The notes below the pieces were generated by a model. It saw only the letters and a list, made by a program, of their open reading frames with translations. It was not told the origin of the DNA and made no database searches. A program made the position numbers and the translations under genes. A stretch of 64,000 bases of DNA, from the IMG/VR virus record IMGVR_UViG_3300021495_000001, positions 18,536 through 82,535 of that record; one strand, 5' to 3'. This stretch comes from a virus. This document shows positions 9,483 through 18,301 of this stretch, piece after piece (within the stretch, counting starts at the first letter, position 1; every line of letters starts with the position of its first letter).

Positions 9483-9683
9483 ATGGCAAACAAGAGTAAA
9501 GAAGAGATAATAGAGTTCTTCAAATATAGCAACAATCCCATCATCCAATCAATCCTCTTCCAGTGGAACTACTATAATAGGATAACAAGGAAACAACTTG
9601 CCTTTCTACAAAAAGAAAAAGACAAAATTGAAAAGAAATGCAAAGAAATAAGACAAAGGGAGGTGAAGAAGAATGGCAGATAG
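9483..9683 (+). CDS. Hypothetical protein
   Basis: Collinear ORF. Confidence 0.4.
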   Translation: MANKSKEEIIEFFKYSNNPIIQSILFQWNYYNRITRKQLAFLQKEKDKIEKKCKEIRQREVKKNGR

Positions 9684-9912
9684 ATGGCAACTAGATGCAG
9701 ATTGGGTAAAAAACAGGGCTTGTCTAAGCCTAATCCAAAAAGACAGGGCATGGAAATATCACCAATTTGCAAATGGTGATGAAGAAATCTGTTACTACCA
9801 GGACGGAGAACGAATAGAAATTTCCCCATACAAACTGGAAAAAATCGAGCCAGAACTACTGTGGGAAATGCGACGGAGGTGGGATGCAATAGAGTTAATT
9901 TTGGGAAGATAA
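9673..9912 (+). CDS. Hypothetical protein
   Basis: Collinear ORF. Confidence 0.4.
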   Translation: MADRWQLDADWVKNRACLSLIQKDRAWKYHQFANGDEEICYYQDGERIEISPYKLEKIEPELLWEMRRRWDAIELILGR

Positions 9913-9936
9913 TAAAGAAACGAAGGGGGACTTGAA

Positions 9937-10170
9937 ATGGCTACTTTTTGTATTCATATCCGAGAAAGTAAAACTATTTTATCTTTTATAGATGAACACT
10001 ACTGCTCTGACGGTGAAGCACCTCTAGCCTATAAACCAATTGAGGTGTGGGTATATAAGGGGTACAGCTTTACAGGAAAAATCCGAGATGGTTTTATACA
10101 TTGCTCATCTTGGAAATATAAAGTTAAATTTGGCAAGCTTGTTGTAGCCTGTCGGATAGATGACGTTTAA
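9937..10170 (+). CDS. Hypothetical protein
   Basis: Collinear ORF. Confidence 0.4.
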   Translation: MATFCIHIRESKTILSFIDEHYCSDGEAPLAYKPIEVWVYKGYSFTGKIRDGFIHCSSWKYKVKFGKLVVACRIDDV

Positions 10171-10188
10171 AAAAGGGAGGGAAGACAA

Positions 10189-10614
10189 ATGACAGAAATG
10201 GAAAAAGAAGCAAAAAGGCTAGAAAAATTAATGCCTGTAAGTAAGGCATGGAACAGGTTAAGATTATTAAGGTTTCCATGTTTTGAACCCTGTGAAGGAG
10301 ACCACGAAACAAAAAATGCTCTGCCCAAAATGGCAATGCGAGATGTAGGCAAAAACGGTTGGCCGTGCAGTGTTTGCAAACTGCGCAGCTCAACCGAATG
10401 TGGATTAAATCAAGTTTTAAACTTGCAATGGGCAATTTTTAAGACAAAGATAAAGGATGGGAAAGTTACTTGCCAATGGTGCGGTAAAACTCCAAAAATC
10501 TCTGATTGCCATTATGATGAAGGCGGGCCAATTTGGTGTCCGCATTGTGGAAACAGGACAGGTAGTTTTTATTTTAAGGAAGTCAATATTGCTTATGAAA
10601 GGAGGTCTGAATGA
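10189..10614 (+). CDS. Cys-rich zinc-ribbon-like hypothetical protein
   Basis: CSVCK ... CQWCGK ... CPHCGN cysteine pairs. Confidence 0.45.
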   Translation: MTEMEKEAKRLEKLMPVSKAWNRLRLLRFPCFEPCEGDHETKNALPKMAMRDVGKNGWPCSVCKLRSSTECGLNQVLNLQWAIFKTKIKDGKVTCQWCGKTPKISDCHYDEGGPIWCPHCGNRTGSFYFKEVNIAYERRSE

Positions 10615-10802
10615 ACTACAGAACATACCAACAAATACTAACAAGGTTCTTTGAGTATCATGACATCCTGTTTGGGCAAGCTAAATTCAATCCAACTGGC
10701 AAAAAACCTTCTACTAGGAAAAGAGGACATCTTACAAAATGTGTTCTTAAAAGGAGAAGAAGAAATGAAATCGCAAAGGAAACAAGGAGGAAACAAAAAT
10801 GA
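10611..10802 (+). CDS. Hypothetical basic protein
   Basis: Collinear ORF. Confidence 0.35.
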   Translation: MNYRTYQQILTRFFEYHDILFGQAKFNPTGKKPSTRKRGHLTKCVLKRRRRNEIAKETRRKQK

Positions 10803-10873
10803 TTGATTTCTTTGGCTTTTTAATAGCAATTTGGTTGATTGGATGGATTACAGTAAAATGGATAAACAATTAA
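10799..10873 (+). CDS. Possible 24-aa membrane peptide
   Basis: MIDFFGFLIAIWLIGWITVKWINN; AAGGAGG lies 8 nt upstream; ATGA overlap with the previous stop. Confidence 0.25.
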   Translation: MIDFFGFLIAIWLIGWITVKWINN

Positions 10874-10886
10874 AAGGAGGTATAAA

Positions 10887-11075
10887 ATGCCTGGAGCTTA
10901 TAAATGTAAAAATTGTGGGCATATTGATTATTATTATGGAAGTCCTTTGTGGGTTCAAAAATGCAAAAAATGCCACAAACCAATAGGATTAAAACAACAA
11001 AATAAACCCAAAGATAAGCAAAAAATGAAAGGTTCATTAGCTTGCTTAGATGAAAAGGAGGTTAACAATGTATAA
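10887..11075 (+). CDS. Zinc-ribbon small protein
   Basis: CKNCGH ... CKKCHK. Confidence 0.45.
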   Translation: MPGAYKCKNCGHIDYYYGSPLWVQKCKKCHKPIGLKQQNKPKDKQKMKGSLACLDEKEVNNV

Positions 11076-11268
11076 AAAAACACCCAAAAAGAAACTACCT
11101 AAAGTAGGGTTTAACCGTTTTGGTCACCGTTCCCATGCCAAAGGAATGAGGCGACTAATGGCAAATAAAAACTTTAGGAAAGCGATTGAAAGCACTCTAT
11201 GCAACCAATGTAAAAGGCTAAAACAGGAATTGGTAAAAGGGGGAAAACATGAAACCAATACTACATAA
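11068..11268 (+). CDS. Hypothetical basic protein
   Basis: Start moved to the ATG at 11068, preceded by AAAGGAGG. Confidence 0.4.
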   Translation: MYKKTPKKKLPKVGFNRFGHRSHAKGMRRLMANKNFRKAIESTLCNQCKRLKQELVKGGKHETNTT

Positions 11269-11599
11269 TCTATATATAGACATAATCATCCTGCTAGCTG
11301 CTCTATGGATTGCCTCAAGTTTCATATTCCTTCACATCTGGCAAGAGATAGACCCCCCACCCCAAGATACCCAAATAGCACTCACTAAACAACCAGCAAA
11401 CTGGGTTTCCACTAGAAAAATCACTAGAAATACCTACAAAACTGCTATCTCTCTTGAGCCTAATCTCCCCCCTGTAGAAGCAATGGAGGTGGCACAATAT
11501 TTTATCAGGCAGAGATGTAAAAAAGCTAAAATAAAGAAGATAGCCATCTTGTACACAGTAAAGACAAACATCTGGGTAATATGGAGGAAAGGAAAATGA
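11249..11599 (+). CDS. Hypothetical membrane protein
   Basis: N-terminal hydrophobic helix IDIIILLAALWIASSFIFLHIW. Confidence 0.4.
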   Translation: MKPILHNLYIDIIILLAALWIASSFIFLHIWQEIDPPPQDTQIALTKQPANWVSTRKITRNTYKTAISLEPNLPPVEAMEVAQYFIRQRCKKAKIKKIAILYTVKTNIWVIWRKGK

Positions 11600-13224
11600 G
11601 GGCAAGTCTAATGGGACAAAAAATCAAAATCCAATTCCCCTTCAACCCCAAATCCCTGCAGACAATAGATACCCTGCAAAAGGTGAAAACTCTACTGGGA
11701 CGCAGATATCACAGAGAGGGGAGGTTTTGGTCATGCCCTCTCACTGTAAAATCAGCCCAACAACTCAAAGAGTGGGGGTTTCAGCTAGACCCTAAACTAG
11801 AACACTTCCTCCAATCCAAACTACATCCAACCCCCCCTAAGCCAATCCCCACCATCCCAGGCCTCAGGGGGGAGTTATACCCATTCCAAAACATTGGCGT
11901 TTCTTTCATAGAAAGTAGGCAAGGCAGAGCACTAATAGGGGATGAAATGGGATTGGGGAAAACTGTTGAAACTCTAGCCTGGTTACAGCTTCATCCTGAA
12001 AAAAGACCAGCCATAATTGTCTGCCCAGCATCTTTAAAACTAAACTGGGAAGAAGAAATACAGAGGTGGATAGAAAGAAGGCCAGAAAATATCCCCCAAG
12101 TGCTGTCTGGGACAAAGCCCAGTGGAGGTTTCATCCATGGAAAAATCCTTATCATCAACTATGACATCCTTCATGCATGGACAGAGAAAATACAAAAACT
12201 CCATCCACAAGTAATAATACTAGATGAGGCTCATCTCACAAAAAACAGAAAAGCAAAAAGGACTAAAGCAGTCAACATCATAGCTAGAAATGTCCCCCAC
12301 ATTATTGGACTAACTGGCACCCCCATTACAAGCAGGCCAGTAGAGTTCTTTAATACGCTCCACCTTATAGACCCCACACTATTCCCTGATTTCTGGACAT
12401 ATGCACACCGCTATTGTGATCCCCATCATAATGGATATGGGTGGAACTTCAAAGGTGCATCCAATACTGAAGAGCTACACCAGCTACTTACCCGAACAAT
12501 CATGCTTAGGCGGAGAAAGGAAGAAGTATTGCAGGAACTCCCCAGTAAAATCCGCTCCGCCATACCCATAGAACTAACCAACAAGGAGGAATATAAATTA
12601 GCCGAAAGGGATTTCATTACATGGATACAATCTGTAGGGAAAGCAAAGGTGGGAGTAAAAATCCAAGCTCTAGCTAAAATAGAATACCTAAAACAAATAG
12701 CCCTAAAAGGTAAAATTAGCCAATGTATACAGTGGATAAAAGATTTCTTAGAAGTGGAAGATAAGCTAATTGTTTTTGCCATCCACAGAAATACAATCAA
12801 CACCCTCATGCAGGAGTTCAAGGGGGTAGCAGTCAAAGTAGACGGCTCAGTGACAAAAGAGAAAAGGCAAGAGGCAGTCCAAGCCTTCCAAAGTAATCCC
12901 AACTATAAGCTTTTCATTGGTAATATAAAAGCTGCAGGAGTGGGATTAACTCTAACCGCATCATCAAATGTGGTATTTCTTGAACTGCCATGGACACCTG
13001 GTGAGCTGGGGCAGGCAGAGGATAGGGCACATAGGATTGGTCAGAAAAAGGCAGTTAACATTTACTACTTGCTAGCTAGGGGTACAATAGAAGAGAAGAT
13101 TGCAAAATTACTGGACATAAAAAAGAAAGTTTTGGGGAGAGTGCTAGATGGGCAAGAGGTAGGAGAGGAGACATTGTTGACTACCCTCTTAGCCTCTTAT
13201 GAAAAAAGGAAAGGAGGTGAATGA
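11596..13224 (+). CDS. SNF2-family (DEAD-like superfamily 2) helicase
   Basis: DEMGLGKT (motif I), ILDEAH (motif II), LTGTPI, GGVGLTLTASSNVVFLELPWTP, QAEDRAHRIGQ (motif VI). The ATG at 11596 has GGAGG upstream and an ATGA overlap. Confidence 0.9.
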   Translation: MRASLMGQKIKIQFPFNPKSLQTIDTLQKVKTLLGRRYHREGRFWSCPLTVKSAQQLKEWGFQLDPKLEHFLQSKLHPTPPKPIPTIPGLRGELYPFQNIGVSFIESRQGRALIGDEMGLGKTVETLAWLQLHPEKRPAIIVCPASLKLNWEEEIQRWIERRPENIPQVLSGTKPSGGFIHGKILIINYDILHAWTEKIQKLHPQVIILDEAHLTKNRKAKRTKAVNIIARNVPHIIGLTGTPITSRPVEFFNTLHLIDPTLFPDFWTYAHRYCDPHHNGYGWNFKGASNTEELHQLLTRTIMLRRRKEEVLQELPSKIRSAIPIELTNKEEYKLAERDFITWIQSVGKAKVGVKIQALAKIEYLKQIALKGKISQCIQWIKDFLEVEDKLIVFAIHRNTINTLMQEFKGVAVKVDGSVTKEKRQEAVQAFQSNPNYKLFIGNIKAAGVGLTLTASSNVVFLELPWTPGELGQAEDRAHRIGQKKAVNIYYLLARGTIEEKIAKLLDIKKKVLGRVLDGQEVGEETLLTTLLASYEKRKGGE

Positions 13225-13226
13225 GA

Positions 13227-13388
13227 ATGAACCCAATAAAAGACACAGATATCCTTTTATGGAAGGAAACACCAACAAAAGAAGAAGAGGAGAGATGGAG
13301 AAAAGCATATGAAAAAGTAAGAAAACAAGAACTGGAAGAAGGAATTGAATTAGAAGAGGGGGATTTTGACTGGACAGAGGAGGAGTAA
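13227..13388 (+). CDS. Small highly acidic protein (53 aa)
   Basis: MNPIKDTDILLWKETPTKEEEERW...GDFDWTEEE; below the ORF-track cutoff. Confidence 0.3.
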   Translation: MNPIKDTDILLWKETPTKEEEERWRKAYEKVRKQELEEGIELEEGDFDWTEEE

Positions 13389-13391
13389 ACG

Positions 13392-13562
13392 ATGAAACGG
13401 AAAGAATTTGAACAACTAAGAATAGGAAGTACTGTTTATGCCAAGGGAAGAAAAGCAAGAGTAGTGGAAAAAATGGGTGATAGGTTAGTGAAAATACAGT
13501 ACATAGAAACAAAAAGAACAGCATGGAAACGGCCTAGACAAATAGAAAAAGAGAGGAGGTAA
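13392..13562 (+). CDS. Small SH3/KOW-like protein, paralog family member
   Basis: FEQLRIGSTVYAKGRKARVVEKMGDRLVKIQY resembles the ORFs at 27289, 36725 and 47135. Confidence 0.35.
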   Translation: MKRKEFEQLRIGSTVYAKGRKARVVEKMGDRLVKIQYIETKRTAWKRPRQIEKERR

Positions 13563-13564
13563 AA

Positions 13565-14074
13565 ATGATAGAAAGTTACCAAAACATGTTGAGAAAATTA
13601 GCATGGAGCTTTTCCCACACCACTGGGCAACCTTTTGAAGACCTATTATCAGTGGGTTATCTAGCTTACCTCACTGCAAAAGAGAAATACCAACGTGGAA
13701 ATGGGGCTCAGTTTGGAACATACCTGTATGCAGTGGTAAAGAATGCATTGATTGATTTTTGTAAAGCTGAACAGGACGAGGCGACCAGCCTTGAACAATT
13801 CAACCCAGCCTTGCTAGTCTCTCCTCTACCTACTCCAGAAGAAAGACTACTATTCACTACCACCATAAACCAGCTAAGCACAGAAGCAAAAATGGTATGC
13901 AAAATGATATTCTCCACCCCACACGAGTATGCAATGGCAATAGAGACCCCCAAAAAAGCCAAGACAAAGCTCAAAAAACGACTAAGACAACTGGGGTGGA
14001 CGTATGCAAAAATACAAAAAACCATGGCCGAAATAACAGCTACAGTAAGGGAGGAAGGGGCATGGAACGAATAA
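13565..14074 (+). CDS. Sigma-70-like factor (second copy in window)
   Basis: Region-2-like FEDLLSVGYLAYLTAKEKY ... FGTYLYAVVKNALIDF; short C-terminal region with LSTEAKMVCKMIF. Confidence 0.45.
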   Translation: MIESYQNMLRKLAWSFSHTTGQPFEDLLSVGYLAYLTAKEKYQRGNGAQFGTYLYAVVKNALIDFCKAEQDEATSLEQFNPALLVSPLPTPEERLLFTTTINQLSTEAKMVCKMIFSTPHEYAMAIETPKKAKTKLKKRLRQLGWTYAKIQKTMAEITATVREEGAWNE

Positions 14075-14301
14075 GAAAGAATAGAAGAGAAAGAAAATAT
14101 ACACTAGGGGGATTTGTCCCTGACCCACCCCCAAACTGCAAATCACCCTCTATCATTGAAATGCCAGATGGTTCCAAATGGGTTGATGCAGTCCTATGTG
14201 CTACTTTCTGCCATCCAAACTATTGTCAAGTAGCTAAAACATATTTCAAAAAATTAAAAGCACAGAGGAGGAAAAACAAAAATGATATGCAGTCTATGTA
14301 A
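14062..14301 (+). CDS. Hypothetical protein
   Basis: Internal Met of ORF 13897..14301, preceded by GGGAGGAAGGGG. Confidence 0.35.
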   Translation: MERIRKNRRERKYTLGGFVPDPPPNCKSPSIIEMPDGSKWVDAVLCATFCHPNYCQVAKTYFKKLKAQRRKNKNDMQSM

Positions 14302-14704
14302 AAAAAGAACGAATGCCACATTCTATGTCAATGGACGGGACCTATGTAAAGAGTGCTATGCTGTCTGGAAGGAAGATTACCATGTCTGCAAAATCTGTGG
14401 GAAACTAGAACCTGCTACATATGTCACTGAAGTAAAGGAAAAGCTTAGAAAAGAACAAATTTGTTTTGAATGTTGGCATTGGCTATGCCTCATCAAAAGA
14501 GCAAATGACCCCAGAAGCGTGAGAATCAAACATCACCACTACTGGATAGGTAACGGGAAAGGGTCTTTCAAAGGATTTGGAGGGCGACATTTCAAAATAA
14601 AAATTTTTAATGGGAAAATTATAGAAACAAATGACTTATGGTATCAAGGGGAAATACCTGAAAGGTTCTGGGAAGAGTTGCCTGATAATGCAGAGTTTAT
14701 CTAG
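14282..14704 (+). CDS. Zinc-ribbon protein
   Basis: CSLCKK...LCKECY, CKICGK, CFECWHW. Confidence 0.45.
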   Translation: MICSLCKKRTNATFYVNGRDLCKECYAVWKEDYHVCKICGKLEPATYVTEVKEKLRKEQICFECWHWLCLIKRANDPRSVRIKHHHYWIGNGKGSFKGFGGRHFKIKIFNGKIIETNDLWYQGEIPERFWEELPDNAEFI

Positions 14705-14713
14705 GGTGGAAGG

Positions 14714-15637
14714 ATGACGGCACTTGAACAACTACTACAAGACTACCATGTTCCTTTCCAAACCACTGGACACAAACACTGCAGGCCAGGGTGGGCAAAC
14801 ATGCCATGCCCTTTTTGCACAGGTAACCCTGGTCTGCATTTAGGGGTGCATCTAAGTACCAACACATGGACATGTTGGCGGTGCGGTCCTAAACCCCGCT
14901 GGGTAGCCCTAGCAAAAGTGCTTGGGGTAGACTCCCAAGAGGCAAAAAAGCTCTTCAAACAGTACCAAAAACAATATGGATGTGGATACCCATCCCCCCA
15001 AAATACAAACAAGCTAATCAAGATTAGACCTACCAAACTACCCTCTGACTGTGGACAGTTGATGTATCATCACAAGCAATACTTGATACAGCGGGGGTTT
15101 GATCCTGAGAAGATAGAGAGGGAGTGGGGGGTGAAAGGGGCTGGTCCTGCTGCCATGCTAGATAAGGTAGAGTACAAAAACCGCATAATCATCCCTATAT
15201 ACTGGGATAACAGGCTAGTGTCTTTCCAAGGCCGTACAATCAGAGAGGGGGTAGAACCAAAATACAAAGCCTGCCCAAAAACCCGTGAAGCCATCCCCCA
15301 CCAGACCATTCTCTATGGAAAACAAGAGGCATGGAGCAGTGGGGCGGGGATATGTGTAGAGGGGGTAATGGATGTATGGAGGTTGGGGAAAGAGGCTTTT
15401 GCTGTGTTTGGGATATCATATACTAAAAAACAAATCAGGTGGATAGCAAAACTTTTCAAGCGAGTTTTCATTGTTTTTGATGATGACCCACAAGCACAAC
15501 GACAGGCACAAAAGCTGGTAGGAGAGTTGGCTTTCAGGGGGGTGGAGGTAGAAAACGTAGAAATAGAAGGAGACCCAGGGGGAATGAAGCAAGAGGAGGC
15601 AAGATATTTAGTAAAAAATTTATTAAGGAAATGGTGA
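14714..15637 (+). CDS. DNA primase (zinc finger + TOPRIM)
   Basis: CPFCTGNPGLHLGV...WTCWRCG zinc-binding element; TOPRIM-like ICVEGVMDVWRLG and VFDDDPQAQRQ. Confidence 0.75.
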   Translation: MTALEQLLQDYHVPFQTTGHKHCRPGWANMPCPFCTGNPGLHLGVHLSTNTWTCWRCGPKPRWVALAKVLGVDSQEAKKLFKQYQKQYGCGYPSPQNTNKLIKIRPTKLPSDCGQLMYHHKQYLIQRGFDPEKIEREWGVKGAGPAAMLDKVEYKNRIIIPIYWDNRLVSFQGRTIREGVEPKYKACPKTREAIPHQTILYGKQEAWSSGAGICVEGVMDVWRLGKEAFAVFGISYTKKQIRWIAKLFKRVFIVFDDDPQAQRQAQKLVGELAFRGVEVENVEIEGDPGGMKQEEARYLVKNLLRKW

Positions 15638-15664
15638 AAAGTGAGTATAATAATATAGAGGAGG
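15622..15664 (+). promoter_or_regulatory. Conserved phage promoter-like motif, copy 1
   Basis: ATTAAGGAAATGGTGAAAAGTGAGTATAATAATATAGAGGAGG: TTAAGG, 17-bp spacer, TATAAT, with conserved flanks. Confidence 0.55.
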
Positions 15665-15670
15665 TAAATA

Positions 15671-15847
15671 ATGGGAAGAAAAAGATTGATGGAAATCAGC
15701 AGAATGGTGACCTTTCTGTTAGATGACAAAACCTACAAACAGGTCTCCACCTATTCAAGAAGACATAAAAAAGGCTTTTCTGCCACCTTACGTTTCCTGT
15801 TACAGAGGGGGCTAGAGGCAGAGAGAAATAAGAAAGTGGGGAAATAA
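15671..15847 (+). CDS. Ribbon-helix-helix (CopG/Arc-like) small regulator
   Basis: 58 aa, below the ORF-track cutoff. RMVTFLLDDKTYKQVSTYSRRHKKGFSATLRFLLQRGLE fits a strand-helix-helix pattern. First gene after motif copy 1. Confidence 0.45.
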   Translation: MGRKRLMEISRMVTFLLDDKTYKQVSTYSRRHKKGFSATLRFLLQRGLEAERNKKVGK

Positions 15848-15857
15848 GGGGGGCAAA

Positions 15858-16736
15858 ATGAAAAAAGAAATTAGACTAGCAGTAAGGGGGCTTTATGATT
15901 TACAAAAAATAAGGATACAAATAGGAAACAGATTACACAATCACTATCTAAACAAGCTTGGTGTTAAGCCTAGTGAAGAAAAAGATAAAACAATAGGGTG
16001 GCTAACAGAACGCCTAAAAGAGGAGCACAAAAGGATTGTTGATGGAATGCTACATGAAAAAAACTTAATCAAAAACTTAAGTAGAATTCTAGGCACAGAA
16101 AAAGGGCTTATCTCAACTGAAACAGAATTTGCTCTCTCCTCAGCATACCTGCACCTGTGTGAAGATGAAGAAAGACAAATCAAATTTCTTAAAAAACTCC
16201 TTGAAGACATCCCCATCTACAACAGCTTCCTAAAAGAAGTCAAAGGAGTTGGCCCCCAAATGGCAGGGGTAATAATCTCTGAGTTTGACATTACCAAAGC
16301 AAAATACGTAAGTAGTCTCTGGAAATATGCTGGGTTGGATGTTGTAGTGACTGCTGATGGTGAAGTGATGGGGAGGAGAATGAGCAAGAAATGTTGTAAA
16401 GTAATTGAATATATTGCTAAAAATGGAGAAAAGAAAGAAAGGTTATCACTAACTTACAATCCATTTCTGAAAAGCAAACTACTAGGCGTCCTCGCTAAAT
16501 CATTCATTAAGCTGAAAAGTCCTTACCGCAAATTTTATGATGATTATAAACATAGGTTACAAAACCACCCAAAGCACAAAAACAAAAGTAAAGGGCATAT
16601 AGACAACATGGCAAAGCGGTATATGATAAAAATGTTCCTAATTGACCTGTATGTGAAGTGGAGAAAATTATCAGGTTTGTCTGTACACCCCAGTTATGCT
16701 GAAGGAAAACTTGAAATTAAACACAAAGCAGGTTAA
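15858..16736 (+). CDS. IS110-family transposase-like protein lacking the N-terminal DEDD/RuvC domain
   Basis: VKGVGPQMAGVIISEFDITKAKYVSSLWKYAGLDVV matches the IS110 Tnp_20 HhH region (IPGIGxxxAxxLLAEIGDxxRFxSxxxLxxYAGLxP). Downstream YNPFLKSKLLGVLAKSF...YRKFYDDYKHRL...MAKRYMIKMFLIDLY also fits. The N-terminus begins at the coiled-coil linker (LAVRGLYDLQKIRIQIGNRL); no GIDxxK/DEDD segment is present. Confidence 0.5.
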   Translation: MKKEIRLAVRGLYDLQKIRIQIGNRLHNHYLNKLGVKPSEEKDKTIGWLTERLKEEHKRIVDGMLHEKNLIKNLSRILGTEKGLISTETEFALSSAYLHLCEDEERQIKFLKKLLEDIPIYNSFLKEVKGVGPQMAGVIISEFDITKAKYVSSLWKYAGLDVVVTADGEVMGRRMSKKCCKVIEYIAKNGEKKERLSLTYNPFLKSKLLGVLAKSFIKLKSPYRKFYDDYKHRLQNHPKHKNKSKGHIDNMAKRYMIKMFLIDLYVKWRKLSGLSVHPSYAEGKLEIKHKAG

Positions 16737-16759
16737 AAATGGATAAGCCAGCGCGGACT

Positions 16760-17030
16760 AGAAAACCATTAATACAAAGCGAACCAATAGCAAGAAGACA
16801 ACCATTAGTTAATAGTGAGTCACACATCCGAAGAAAACCAATCAAGGGGAGCGAGCCAAAAATAGCGAGACAACCAATAAAACTGAGTGAACCATAGGGC
16901 AGAAGAAAACCATGGATAAAAAGCGTGCCACTGTAATGAAGAAAACCATGGATTATGAGCGAGCCAAATGGAGAGAGATAACCAAGCATGGAAAGCGGGC
17001 CAAACCTCTACAAATGGAGTAGAAAACCCT
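16760..17030 (+). repeat. Iteron-like tandem repeat array (36-bp period, two alternating 18-bp half units)
   Basis: A units AGA(A/C/T)AACCA start at 16760, 16796, 16832, 16868, 16904, 16940 and 16976 (exact 36-bp spacing), plus 17021. B units AG(C/T)G(A/T/G)(A/G)(C/T)C(A) start at 16778, 16814, 16850, 16886, 16922, 16958 and 16994. Confidence 0.8.
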
Positions 17031-17085
17031 GATATGGGAAGCCCAGATATGGATATCCAAAATAAGGGCAGGAAAGGAGTAAGAC

Positions 17086-18297
17086 ATGAGAAGTGAACTG
17101 AAAAACAAGATAAAAGACAACTACACAATCATCCCTAATGCACTCATAACTGACCCCTCTCTCAATCCAACAGCGAAATACCTGTATGCACTACTAGCAA
17201 GTAAACCTGATGAATGGCAGTTCTATAACAATGCACTCGCCAGTGAAATGGGGTGTACCACTGATACCTTACGAAAACACCTAAAAATGCTTGAAGACAG
17301 TGGGTGGATAGAAATAAAAAAACAATCAGAATTACCAAGAGAAAAAGGTAGATTCCCACCGAACAAATACATACTAAAACACATAAAATCAACCGTATCG
17401 GAAAAATTCGGTATCGGAAAAAACACGCATCGGAAAAACCATGATACTTATAAAGAAGTACCTAAAGTAAGAAGTAATAATAGTAAGAAGAAAAGTATAT
17501 TATTGTCTGAAAGTGAAAAAACTGGGTTTGGTTCCCCCAATACAGAACAAATTGGGGGCTCCTCCAATTTTGATAAAGAAGGGCTTCCCCCAGTGAAAGA
17601 AAGAACAAAATCTTTCCTTCCATTTGCTAAACAACTCGCTTCCATCATCAGAACAAAAAAGAGAGTTAAAATCCCCCCCACCCGCCTCCACAGTTGGGCA
17701 ACAGAGTTTCGTAAACTAGTAAAGGTAGAAGGGGTAGATAGAGAGCGTGTCCAAAGAGTTTTGGATTGGTATGGAGGGAGTATTGGTGGACAATATGTCC
17801 CAGTTGTAGAAAGTGGGGCGAGTTTCCGCCATAAGTTTCTTCGTCTAGAAGCAGCAATGGAAAGGGAACAAGGTCAAGGGGGTTATGAGAGAGAAAACAA
17901 ACCCTCCACCACTGCTAGTCTGAGTGAGATTTTAGACCGACTAGGTAAGCCCAAAACACACTGCCGTAGAGCCTTCCCCAAAGAGTGTCTTGCCCCAGCA
18001 CGGGAGATACTGGGTGATGGGGTGAGGAGGGTAGAGGTGGCTGAGCAGTTGGTGAGGATGATTGAGGAGATTGGTGAGAGACAAAAGGGGGTAGAGGAAA
18101 AAGTATATGAGCTTCTGCCCAGTCCTTTTAGTTTAGTGTGCCAGTATGTGAGGTGGTTAGGGGGGCAGGAGTGGGTGGAACATCCCACTTTGCAGATGTT
18201 CTCTATCCATCACAAACTGTTTCAGCATTTTTGTAAACAACAAGCAAAAAACAATTTAGACCTTCACCCAGTGACAGGGAGGAAGGTGGGGAGGTAG
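17086..18297 (+). CDS. Replication initiator / replisome-organizer-like protein (N-terminal winged HTH)
   Basis: NYTIIPNALITDPSLNPTAKYLYALLASKPDEWQFYNNALASEMGCTTDTLRKHLKMLEDSGWIEI is typical of phage DnaD/Rep-type initiator N-termini. It lies directly downstream of the repeat array and upstream of the helicase. Confidence 0.5.
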   Translation: MRSELKNKIKDNYTIIPNALITDPSLNPTAKYLYALLASKPDEWQFYNNALASEMGCTTDTLRKHLKMLEDSGWIEIKKQSELPREKGRFPPNKYILKHIKSTVSEKFGIGKNTHRKNHDTYKEVPKVRSNNSKKKSILLSESEKTGFGSPNTEQIGGSSNFDKEGLPPVKERTKSFLPFAKQLASIIRTKKRVKIPPTRLHSWATEFRKLVKVEGVDRERVQRVLDWYGGSIGGQYVPVVESGASFRHKFLRLEAAMEREQGQGGYERENKPSTTASLSEILDRLGKPKTHCRRAFPKECLAPAREILGDGVRRVEVAEQLVRMIEEIGERQKGVEEKVYELLPSPFSLVCQYVRWLGGQEWVEHPTLQMFSIHHKLFQHFCKQQAKNNLDLHPVTGRKVGR

Positions 18298-18301
18298 GAG
18301 T

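Noticed and set aside
16717-17128. Minus-strand ORFs with a GSLxIxGFL hexapeptide periodicity, and a 52-codon plus-strand ORF (16739-16897) with R(K/Q)P...SEP repeats
   Set aside because: The periodicity is imposed by the 18/36-bp DNA repeats. The plus ORF terminates mid-array while the repeats continue, and no convincing SD is present. This is interpreted as non-coding iterons, though a repeat peptide cannot be fully excluded.
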